Notes: generated by a model from the sequence alone, not told the origin. A stretch of DNA of 64,000 nucleotides from a virus (IMGVR_UViG_3300001687_001192), one strand, 5' to 3'; counted from the first letter of the stretch, positions 47,775-56,538 are shown. A program made the numbers and translations.

Positions 47775-47962
47775 AACTCCTGAACTCAAAAGTAAAAATT
47801 ACGGTATTCGCAAAAAGAAAAACTCCATATCACGGCTTTCGACTTATCTGGGCCAGCAAATGTTGGGGCTGCAAAAAAGAAATGTACGTCTACTGTAACA
47901 AGAAATGCTCCTCGCCTTTTTGGTTTAATTGTCCCCATTGCAACTTCCCTTATTACGTATAA
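47771..47962 (+). CDS. Zinc-ribbon paralogue 3, begins MKLLNS
   Basis: GFRL...CWGC.KEMYVYC...CPHC. Confidence 0.7.
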   Translation: MKLLNSKVKITVFAKRKTPYHGFRLIWASKCWGCKKEMYVYCNKKCSSPFWFNCPHCNFPYYV

Positions 47963-47973
47963 CCTATTAATAA

Positions 47974-47993
47974 CCTAGCATAATTATGCTAGG
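47974..47993. promoter_or_regulatory. Perfect 20-bp palindrome
   Basis: CCTAGCATAATTATGCTAGG. Confidence 0.8.
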
Positions 47994-48027
47994 AGTATAT
48001 TAATATTACGGCTGGTGGATTTAAATA

Positions 48028-50685
48028 ATGGTTTTTTACATCTCTAAAAGAGCTGGGGAAGTTGTTGAATTCCCTGAGAAAACACAACAAATGCATCGTT
48101 TCAGGACGGCTCCAGATACTAGTATTCACAAGTATTTTCACCCAGAAAATTTTACAACATGGGATGACTACCTGACAGACGACCCTAAAATGGATCCTGC
48201 TGAATATATACATACATGGAAGGTATTTCATTTTGCAGATGGCACTGTAGCTGCGTCTCTTAACGTGCGCGGCGACCAAAAAACGTTCTCTTTGTATCTG
48301 CAATGGCCTGATTTCTTTGGGAAAGCTTTTCCGGCTGCCCAGACTAGAGATGATACTTATATCATAAATTTTGAAAATCAGCCGATTTACATGCTCCCTG
48401 TTCTGTTAAAGAGTTTAAACCCTCTCCTGCGGGCTGTCAGCGCCTATGAGGCATATGTGGAAGAGGATGATGAGTATGAAGCGGACGATGATACAGCAAA
48501 GTCAGATCTTACAGATCTCAGAAAATATTTCCCCGTTTCTACTTTTGCTACCATGGACGCCGATAAACCAGAATGGTTTATTAACAAATATGAAGCGAAT
48601 GAAATCAAAGCACGTTTGCGTTTCGAAGAAGGAGACGTTACGTTTATCGTTGCAAGAGCTATTTTCTCAGATATATTCGGTTTTCGACTCGCATGGCCGC
48701 AATCTTTTCGAATGGGCGGTTTTAAAGAAAATGAATCACAAAGTAGTGTGTTTCATGGCACTAGCCTTAAAAAAGAAGAGTTCGAAGAACTCCTGCCGCA
48801 AATTTACGATTTGATTGGTGAATTTACATTGAAAAAAGAGCTGGAACGCCCACAGCGTCCAGTTCAACGACTAGAATCGCTTTTACCCAAGGAATTGTTT
48901 AGAGGATGGGATTTTGTAGAGTATTATAGCCACGTGTTGAATGCTTCTATTTCCCGCCCTACCTTTCACTTATTAATAACATATGAACCAAAAATGTTAA
49001 GCGTGCCTGGCTTTTATGAAATCCGAGTCGGGCCGGCAGCACATAATATCTGGACAGAAACAGAAGATGAGTTCCCTTCAGAAAAATTGCTCAAATTAAT
49101 AAAAACAAAAGGCGAAGAAAATCAGCCGGTAAAACTACAAAATCAGCATTTTCCAATATCTAAGCGCGCTAAATCAAAATATATCGAAAAAAAAGAAGAA
49201 GAATCCGGCAATATAACATATATCTACTCGGAAAAACACATCAAAGAAAGAAATAAGAAAAAAGCTAAGAAAATCTTGGAACTAGAAAAATCTATCAAAG
49301 ATGTGAGAAAACAGGTCCAAAAAGATATCTCATCCAAAGAACCTGTGCTCGAAGATATAGCCGCCGTCGTTGGACTGATCGATGATACATACGAAAGAGT
49401 GGGAAACCCAAGCTCCGCTAAAGAAGATCACCACGGCGTTACAACCTGGAGAAAGAAACACGTCACGTTCTCCAAAGGAAAAGCTACTATTAAATATGTA
49501 GGAAAATCCGGCGTCAAACAAGAAAAAATTGTGGAATCAAACCCCCTCGTCGCTGCTCTTAAAAGAGCTATAAAAGATAAAAAACCAAATGATGAAATAT
49601 TTCCTGATATTAATGGCAGACTGGTAAACCTTTACCTTAAACCTTATAATATAACTGCCAAAGATATAAGAGGATTCCACGCCAACGAAGAGATGAAAAA
49701 AGCTCTTAAATCAAATAGGAATGGAACTCTACCAAAAGATCAAAAGGAGAAAGAGAAGAAGCTTAAAGAAGAGTTCAAAGAAGCTTTAGAAATAGCCGCA
49801 AAAAAAGTAGGACACGAGCCCGCTACCCTTAAAAACCAATATCTTATCCCATCTATAGAAGAACATTATCTAACTTCCGGCAAAATTAAAGTGCAAGCAC
49901 AACTTAAACTTGCCCAAGAATTAGACCTCAGAAAATTGTTCCCACCGGCAACATTTGGAAGTATGGGAGGAGATAAAATCTGGAAATTTGTGATTTTTGA
50001 GCCAAATGCGGTAGTTACCAACTTATTTACGAAACATGGCTCAATGGAGTTTTATGTAAAGCTCTCAACCCACGAGAATAAATATATTCTACATATTGAT
50101 TGGCCCAAACATTACGATATTAAAGGATTAAAAACGCTACCACTAAAACCGGATGAGTCCAAAATAGGACAGAGGCTCTTCGGACCACAAGGCTGGGTCC
50201 AAATTGATGACTATATAACACAAGATCAATTGTTGAACCTTGTCCCAGAAATCCATGAACTTATTGGATCTTTAACGCTTGAAACAGAAAAAGAGCTAGA
50301 ACATGTCGAAAATATGATCGAAAGAGTATTTCCTCATAATGTTTTCGAAGGTTGGAGCTTAATATATGATAAACTAGCACATAGATATACATTGTCAGGA
50401 AATACTTTTTCTCCAACATGCCACTTTTCTATATCAGAATTTCCAAGCCGCGATGCGTTCTATGTCTCGATAAGTTGGCCAAGAGATTTGGGAAGACTCC
50501 TAGTACCCACTAGTAGATCAAAACATGAGTTTACATCTGGTGGATATATGTCGTTCGACGACGAAGATAAATTAGATAAGCTTAAGAAAGTGATCAAATA
50601 CCTTGGAGATTTGGCTAAAGCAAATACCCTAGATCTACCAGAACCAGAACCGCTTCAACAGGAGAACCCTGAACCAGAACAATGA
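48028..50685 (+). CDS. Multidomain protein: type IB DNA topoisomerase core embedded between copies of an uncharacterised repeated domain
   Basis: Topo IB residues ERVGN (R), YVGKSGV (K), KDIRGFHAN (R), GHEPATLKNQY (H and Tyr 9 apart) at about 49170-49900; ISKRA at the start and just before the topo core. Confidence 0.85.
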   Translation: MVFYISKRAGEVVEFPEKTQQMHRFRTAPDTSIHKYFHPENFTTWDDYLTDDPKMDPAEYIHTWKVFHFADGTVAASLNVRGDQKTFSLYLQWPDFFGKAFPAAQTRDDTYIINFENQPIYMLPVLLKSLNPLLRAVSAYEAYVEEDDEYEADDDTAKSDLTDLRKYFPVSTFATMDADKPEWFINKYEANEIKARLRFEEGDVTFIVARAIFSDIFGFRLAWPQSFRMGGFKENESQSSVFHGTSLKKEEFEELLPQIYDLIGEFTLKKELERPQRPVQRLESLLPKELFRGWDFVEYYSHVLNASISRPTFHLLITYEPKMLSVPGFYEIRVGPAAHNIWTETEDEFPSEKLLKLIKTKGEENQPVKLQNQHFPISKRAKSKYIEKKEEESGNITYIYSEKHIKERNKKKAKKILELEKSIKDVRKQVQKDISSKEPVLEDIAAVVGLIDDTYERVGNPSSAKEDHHGVTTWRKKHVTFSKGKATIKYVGKSGVKQEKIVESNPLVAALKRAIKDKKPNDEIFPDINGRLVNLYLKPYNITAKDIRGFHANEEMKKALKSNRNGTLPKDQKEKEKKLKEEFKEALEIAAKKVGHEPATLKNQYLIPSIEEHYLTSGKIKVQAQLKLAQELDLRKLFPPATFGSMGGDKIWKFVIFEPNAVVTNLFTKHGSMEFYVKLSTHENKYILHIDWPKHYDIKGLKTLPLKPDESKIGQRLFGPQGWVQIDDYITQDQLLNLVPEIHELIGSLTLETEKELEHVENMIERVFPHNVFEGWSLIYDKLAHRYTLSGNTFSPTCHFSISEFPSRDAFYVSISWPRDLGRLLVPTSRSKHEFTSGGYMSFDDEDKLDKLKKVIKYLGDLAKANTLDLPEPEPLQQENPEPEQ

Positions 50686-51623
50686 TTAAATATATCTCGC
50701 AAAAATTGTCCATACCAGAAAGATATCTGAAAACTCTATCCCAACAACAATTAAAGAATATCAAGATCCTAGTGGACCTGAATAAACTAAAAGAGGCTAG
50801 AGACCTATATGTCAAATATCAGATCCAAAACTACCGACAGAAAAAAGCCATGTCTAAACGAGCAATAGAAGTTGTTAATGTTACTCGTAAAATGCCAGAA
50901 GAAGTCGAAGAACAAGAAAAAGAAATGGAAGAATGGTCTCAACAAAAAGGCTTCGACCTAAGAGAATTGTTCCCAAAAGAAGCATTCGTTATGCCTCAAT
51001 GGGAATTTGCAGTTTTTAATACATACCAAGTATGGGCAGATACCATCGGAGGCCTTAGCCCATCTAAAGATCCAGAATACAATATACATAAAAGAATCGA
51101 ATTTCTGGCGGAAGCTACATCGCCGTCCCGACAACCATACCCTAAAAATGCTACGTTTATGATATATATGAGCTTTCCCAAAATAGCTAATATGGAAAGT
51201 AGTGTGTTCGAAATAGAAAAAGGATACGCAGGAATAGAATTTGTCCGCATCGAAGACCTTAATTTAGAACAATTGAAAAAACTGGCGCCCTATATATTGA
51301 ATTTCATTAATAAAGCTAGCTCTCGTGTTCTTGCAGTAAAAGCATATAAGGATTTCCCGCTGTCTAAACGAGCAGGAGAAATAATACCCTTCCCAACAAA
51401 AGAAACCGAAACCATACAATCCGAACCCGCTCAAATTCTGCCCCTACCAAAAATTAAACAGAAAAAACTCAAAGGTTTCATGGATCTAACTATCGATTAC
51501 CTGAAATCTATTATAGATAAATACCAGAGCGGAGAAATGTCAGCAGCAGAATTCGCTAGCAGATTGACGTACCTCGCCGCCGAAACCCAAGAACATATGT
51601 TTGATGAACCTATAAAAACATGA
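50682..51623 (+). CDS. Protein with one copy of the repeated domain bounded by two SKRA motifs
   Basis: MSKRA...DLRELFPKEAF...LSKRAGEIIPFP. Confidence 0.75.
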   Translation: MIKYISQKLSIPERYLKTLSQQQLKNIKILVDLNKLKEARDLYVKYQIQNYRQKKAMSKRAIEVVNVTRKMPEEVEEQEKEMEEWSQQKGFDLRELFPKEAFVMPQWEFAVFNTYQVWADTIGGLSPSKDPEYNIHKRIEFLAEATSPSRQPYPKNATFMIYMSFPKIANMESSVFEIEKGYAGIEFVRIEDLNLEQLKKLAPYILNFINKASSRVLAVKAYKDFPLSKRAGEIIPFPTKETETIQSEPAQILPLPKIKQKKLKGFMDLTIDYLKSIIDKYQSGEMSAAEFASRLTYLAAETQEHMFDEPIKT

Positions 51624-53209
51624 GATTATCTAAACGAGACTTCTACCTCTCAAAACGAGCGGCAGACAACATGGATCTAACTCAAATACTACCTAAACAA
51701 ATATTCGGCGGAATGGGTGGAGCTGGAGCAGCAATCCCCTGGACAATACTACAATATACGCCAAAATCAATAGCAGCTTATCTAAATACTACACAACCAT
51801 CAAACTCGCCAATAACAGAAACCAGAAAAATATTCTTTAAAACAGAATTATATCAAAATGCCTTCATAGTTGTCATCTCATGGCCTCCAAAATATAAAAT
51901 AGATACAAACCTGGAAGTAAAGTACAAAATAGAAGACAATGATGAAGATTACTCAGATTTTCTAGAGGAATACCAAGACGAAGTACTATATGTGTCCCAA
52001 ACAGTTACAAAAGAAGAACTAATGGCCCTAAAAGATGAAATAGCATATATATTGGGACAACTTAATCATCAACTAAATCAAGAACTTGAGGAGTTTCAGC
52101 CACCAAGCGTTGTTGAAAGAATTTTCCCCAGAAGCTTGTTTTCAGGATGGGATTTCCTGGAATTACATGAAGATGAAGGGTTTACAACTATACACGCCGA
52201 AGCATTTTTCAATAGCATTAAAAGTATTGATGTTAGCTTGGTCATACAAGAAAAATTGAACGACGAAATAGGTTTCTATATTCACCATAAAAACGATTCC
52301 GTAGAATACGATATCTCATTAGATGATGAAAACAAACTAAACGAGCTAAAACAATGGATTAAAGAAATAGGAGAAGAAAACCAACGAAGCAAAGTGGCTC
52401 CCATTACACACCTCTCAAAACGAGCACAACAAGATGTTAACCTTTTTCAAATATTTCCTAAAGATAAGTTCCCTAATTGGATAGAATCTCGGATCTCTAA
52501 GCCAGATAATCTCTATAGACAACTGCCCTTGCCACCAGGAATAAATGACGCCGGATTCCGAGCTGAACTAATACCAGACCCAACAAAAGATATCCATGAT
52601 TACGATATCTTCCAAGAAGGTATGTACGAAGAAGAATACCAAGAAGCAATGAATACCTTTAAACCACCAAAAACACACGCGGAAGTGTCCCTGTACTACG
52701 ACCCAACCATTAGTTCGTACGAAGAAAAAGATTTCATAAAAATTACAAAACCAGAAGAAAATTGGGAAAGTAAATGGAAAGAATTCAAAGAAATCGTAAC
52801 TATAGAAGAATTACCAGCACTGGCTAACAAAATTATGCCACTAATAGAACACCTGTCAGAAATATACTACACCATGCAAGATAAATTCGAAGAATCCCTT
52901 CCAGTAGATTCGCCATACAGAATATTGCCTCCGCAAATATTCCCAGGATGGAAAACACACATAACACCAAATGAAAAAATGCTCGTCGCCGGCATGGAAA
53001 CTAAAAAACGATTCCAAATCATCCAAACAAGATTGACTATAGAAAATGACCAAGCAACACTAGAACTACTCTGGCCTGAAGAATTCCTCCATAGAGCAGG
53101 ACTCAAACAAACAAAAATAACCGCGCCAATAAATAATATCCCAAACCTACAACGTATAGTAGATACTATCAAATTTATAGGACAACAAAAATTGAAAGGA
53201 AATATATAA
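51620..53209 (+). CDS. Protein with four copies of the repeated domain and SKRA motifs
   Basis: MRLSKRDFYLSKRA; DLTQILPKQIFGGMGG; ERIFPRSLFSGWDF; LSKRAQQDVNLFQIFPKDKFPNW; YRILPPQIFPGW. Confidence 0.78.
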   Translation: MRLSKRDFYLSKRAADNMDLTQILPKQIFGGMGGAGAAIPWTILQYTPKSIAAYLNTTQPSNSPITETRKIFFKTELYQNAFIVVISWPPKYKIDTNLEVKYKIEDNDEDYSDFLEEYQDEVLYVSQTVTKEELMALKDEIAYILGQLNHQLNQELEEFQPPSVVERIFPRSLFSGWDFLELHEDEGFTTIHAEAFFNSIKSIDVSLVIQEKLNDEIGFYIHHKNDSVEYDISLDDENKLNELKQWIKEIGEENQRSKVAPITHLSKRAQQDVNLFQIFPKDKFPNWIESRISKPDNLYRQLPLPPGINDAGFRAELIPDPTKDIHDYDIFQEGMYEEEYQEAMNTFKPPKTHAEVSLYYDPTISSYEEKDFIKITKPEENWESKWKEFKEIVTIEELPALANKIMPLIEHLSEIYYTMQDKFEESLPVDSPYRILPPQIFPGWKTHITPNEKMLVAGMETKKRFQIIQTRLTIENDQATLELLWPEEFLHRAGLKQTKITAPINNIPNLQRIVDTIKFIGQQKLKGNI

Positions 53210-53499
53210 TGCAAAAACTCTACCCAATCCAATCAACCTTTAATTGGCCAAATGAATATAAAATCTATGAATCTATCACCACAAAACAAGATATATTAAA
53301 CGTACTGCCAAAACATGATGTGACGCATGGAGTTAAAACCCTCTATCGTGAAAAACCGAAAAAATATTACCCCACAGTAAGATCTATGCAAAAAGCTGTA
53401 CACATCCCGCGACTGCCAAAAAAAGAGCTAGAGAAAATAATAGCCAAAGTTAGAAAGAAATATCCACAACAATTAACCCTCCCAGGCTATAAAATATAA
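53209..53499 (+). CDS. Basic hypothetical protein
   Basis: 96 aa, TAATG overlap. Confidence 0.65.
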   Translation: MQKLYPIQSTFNWPNEYKIYESITTKQDILNVLPKHDVTHGVKTLYREKPKKYYPTVRSMQKAVHIPRLPKKELEKIIAKVRKKYPQQLTLPGYKI

Positions 53500-53830
53500 T
53501 CAGATTTATCTGACCCAAACGTACTAATATCATTACACTTTTTAAGCCTAAATACCCCCTCTGCAACTAACCAATATCATTAAAGAAATATACATACAAA
53601 TATTATACAAGAACCCACCACAAAGGTATCCATAAATATCCAAATAAAGAGCATATAAAAAAGACATTACATACACACATAAGAGTAATATATACTACCA
53701 CTACTCCCATTATCACTTACTTATACTAACTATAAGAATAAAATACTACAACATTACCCTAAAATAACTCATGATGTGAAATAACATTACCCAAAATAGC
53801 TCTATAATATGAAACTCTATACAAAATTCC
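53500..53830. other. A/C-rich, G-poor non-coding spacer with short repeats, at a compositional boundary
   Basis: AATATCATTA x2 (53526, 53573); AACATTACCC(T)AAAATA x2 (53750, 53783); followed by CCCTT-TTCG-GGGGG hairpin. Confidence 0.6.
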
Positions 53831-54016
53831 CTTTTCGGGGGGGGCCGTGCGCGGTGGGGACACTGTGCTTTTATGGCACCCGTGAAGAATTTGCAACAAG
53901 TGTGAAATTAATTCACTAAACTTAACGTTGCGAAATCATTAAACTTCCAAGAACGTGAAGCTTTTCCGCTTTCAGGGGTTGAAGGCATCGCTCTGTCTGC
54001 GACGGGCGGTGGTTTC

Positions 54017-54049
54017 CTATGGCAAGGATCGTGCCATCCTTGACCATAG
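54017..54049 (+). promoter_or_regulatory. Leader hairpin upstream of ORF 54104
   Basis: CTATGG-CAAGGAT/ATCCTTG-A-CCATAG. Confidence 0.45.
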
Positions 54050-54103
54050 TATGGGCTTGTTGTGTCTCCTTCTGGATACTAACATCCAACAAGGAGAATC
54101 GCA

Positions 54104-54511
54104 ATGGCGAGCAACAACGAGAACGGCGAGAAGAGGGTCCCCGTCATGATCAACGCGACGGTGGCACTCGAGGGGTCGAAGGCTTTCTTCGCGGGGATGG
54201 ATACCCTCCCCAAGGACTTCGAACAGTTGGACGAGAAGGGCCAGGAGCGGGCGTTGACCGAGGCCGACAAGGTCGGCCAGAAGAGGAAGGCCGCGACCCA
54301 GAAGAAGATGGACGAGTTGGAGGCGAAGGGCCAGCAGTTCGTGCTGACCATCAACATCAACGGCCAGCTCGTCAGCGGCGCCGTCGACTGGAATTCGGAG
54401 AAGACCGGTCTCCGGGCCAGGATCAACCTCGGCCGCACGACCGCCAAGCAGGCGGTGGCCAAGGCGACCGCCAAGAAGAACAACAACCTCCGCACCTTCC
54501 TGGGTCTCTAG
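54104..54511 (+). CDS. Hypothetical protein with strongly G/C-ending codons
   Basis: AAGGAG RBS; 135 aa. Confidence 0.8.
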   Translation: MASNNENGEKRVPVMINATVALEGSKAFFAGMDTLPKDFEQLDEKGQERALTEADKVGQKRKAATQKKMDELEAKGQQFVLTININGQLVSGAVDWNSEKTGLRARINLGRTTAKQAVAKATAKKNNNLRTFLGL

Positions 54512-54556
54512 AGACCCATCACCCACAGGAGGAGCACGCAAGACCATCCGGTACAA

Positions 54557-54628
54557 GGGACATGGACGCTGGGCGTCCCATATACATCCGTGTATGTGGT
54601 GCTGTGTTCGATACCAGGTGTCCCTCTA
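54557..54628 (+). ncRNA. tRNA-shaped RNA, degenerate (4-nt anticodon-position loop)
   Basis: GGGACAT/GTGTCCC acceptor; GGACG/CGTCC arm; CATATAC/GTGTATG arm; TTCGATA loop in a bulged T-stem. Confidence 0.5.
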
Positions 54629-54729
54629 ATGCTGTGTCTTTATACGCATTTGCGTAAATGACGCAGTGGGTCTAACAAGGTTTTGCTCCTAGAGAAGTTG
54701 GGAGGAGGAGTCGTGGGCTTTGCCCACAT

Positions 54730-54830
54730 GGACGTATAGCTCAATGGTAGAGCACTCGTGGGACCTATGTGTGATCGATTACACATAGGTTTTCTCCAGG
54801 AGGATATAGGTTCGATTCCTATTGCGTTCG
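54730..54830 (+). ncRNA. tRNA-shaped RNA with anticodon arm replaced by a long hairpin
   Basis: GGACGTA/TGCGTTC; TAGCTCAATGGTAGAGC D-arm; ATAGG-TTCGATT-CCTAT; ACCTATGTGTGAT/ATTACACATAGGT insert. Confidence 0.7.
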
Positions 54831-55103
54831 CCGCTAGAGGCGTAATAGGCAAAAGCCTCTAGTTTCAATGGGTTTGAGCGAAAGGAGGGTTGTTGGAGAT
54901 CGCAATGACTCTCCCCGTCTGTATCTCAGGGACGGGGAGTCGCATATAACTGGGTGGGTACTTATGTTCTTGTGTACCCGTAAGTGCCTGTAATAGTAGG
55001 GTTCTGCGTGAAACTTGTGTTGTGATGACATGGGGATTAGCGTGGAGACATGCTATTGGGATTTTCCCCCAGACGGCTTACGAAGGTCGCGCAACAAGAA
55101 CGT

Positions 55104-55219
55104 GGTATAGATCTCGGCTAGGTGGTTGACCTTAGCAGGTTGATCAAACTCGCAGGACAGAGATCTGGATTGGTTTGGGCCACCGATCTTTGTGGGTTCG
55201 ACTCCCACATGTACCGCCA
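55104..55219 (+). ncRNA. 116-nt tRNA-like RNA with multibranch body and encoded CCA
   Basis: GGTATA/TGTACC-G-CCA; GTGGG-TTCGACT-CCCAC; AGATCTC/GAGATCT; GGATTGGT/ACCGATCT. Confidence 0.6.
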
Positions 55220-55598
55220 AGCTCTCGTGTGTTGTGTATCCATGATACACACCTGGATGGTGAAAGCCAAGGTGAATACACGAGAACTTTTTAGCCGCCC
55301 TATGGCTTGAGATGAAGGGCGGAAGAATGCAAAGCCGCACACGTACACATATAGGCGGTACGCATCTTCTTAGCCCTAAATCAACAGAGTACTGCGTGGC
55401 TAAATGTCTTGGAGCGTCAGGCTGTAGAGGATCTTGGCCAAGTACGTACCTCTGATCCTTACAGTGGAAGAACTTATCTAAGCTTGGTACACTTAGGTGA
55501 AAAGAGCTATGCTGACGTATGTGAAGGTAGGCGGGGACCTTTACCTTGGCCCTACAAGAGCGGCTAAATAATGCATGTTTCTAATGCTTTAAACATCT

Positions 55599-55672
55599 TG
55601 CCCCATAGCTCAACGGTAGAGCAAGCGGCTTATAACCGTTAGATCCAGGTTCAACTCCTGGTGGGGCGACCA
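55599..55672 (+). tRNA. tRNA-Ile(TAT)
   Basis: Full cloverleaf, loop CT-TAT-AA, ends ACCA. Confidence 0.9.
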
Positions 55673-55674
55673 AT

Positions 55675-55751
55675 GGATCCTTAGCTCAGTTGGTTAGAGC
55701 TGCCGGCTCATAACCGGTCGGTCGCTGGTTCGAATCCAGCAGGGTCCACCA
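55675..55751 (+). tRNA. tRNA(CAT), most like Ile2 (lysidine type); elongator Met not excluded
   Basis: GGATCCT/AGGGTCC, loop CT-CAT-AA, GGTCGCTGGTTCG, ends ACCA; no initiator features. Confidence 0.85.
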
Positions 55752-55760
55752 AACACCAAT

Positions 55761-55836
<76 letters not shown>

Positions 55837-56116
55837 AATATGATCCAGCGCCATTGGCGCTCATCACCATGAAAGATCTACCATATATACATACACTTAT
55901 GTGTGTGATCCTAGATCCGAAGCGAGGGTGGGTGCCGTAAACCTGTGAATTTAAAGCGTTATATGAGGGCACCGGGGGGGCTCTCGTGCTATACGTAAAA
56001 ATTCCCAAAATGGCGTATAAGTTCTTGGGAATACTGGTGTTATGGCTCTTAAGCCTATTATCTCCTTCCCCGATGAATAGGGGATTCGGCCCAAGAGGGC
56101 CGTAAAAGGAGATAGC

Positions 56117-56353
56117 ATGATTAAGACGGCAAAGGAACTGAGAGACTCGGGTCTCGGCACGGCTGAGGTCCGAAGCAACCTGGACGCTTCTGGCTGGACC
56201 CTTCTGCATACAGAAGTCGTCAGGTACTGTCACGACGATGGTAGCCCTGTGGGCTACCAGTGGTGGCGGAACCCGTCCGCCGAGATCGTACACACGCGTC
56301 TAACGTGTGTGGGAGTAATCGCAGCCTCGGCAGTGGCCGTGCTGCAGTTGTAG
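56117..56353 (+). CDS. Hypothetical protein
   Basis: AAGGAG RBS. Confidence 0.65.
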   Translation: MIKTAKELRDSGLGTAEVRSNLDASGWTLLHTEVVRYCHDDGSPVGYQWWRNPSAEIVHTRLTCVGVIAASAVAVLQL

Positions 56354-56430
56354 CAACTAGAAGCCGAACAGCAGGTAACACCTGGTAAGGAAGAGAGCTG
56401 TCTAGCACTGCCAGGGGCTTCTATGAAGAG

Positions 56431-56538
56431 TTGCAATACATTTCCTTGCAACTTAGGGAAACTCCTACATAAACATGGTGGTAGGGGCTCAGCCCAGGGC
56501 GTTAGCCAAGCCTTAAGTTGTAGGGAAATGTGTTGTAG
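56431..56538 (+). ncRNA. Long stem-loop RNA (about 27 bp with several G-U pairs)
   Basis: TTGCAATACATTTCCTTGCAACTTAGG / CCTTAAGTTGTAGGGAAATGTGTTGTAG. Confidence 0.55.

Noticed and set aside
56068-56105. Hammerhead ribozyme (CCGATGA...hairpin...GTAA)
   Set aside because: The core differs from CUGANGA/GAAA and stems I/III cannot be formed convincingly
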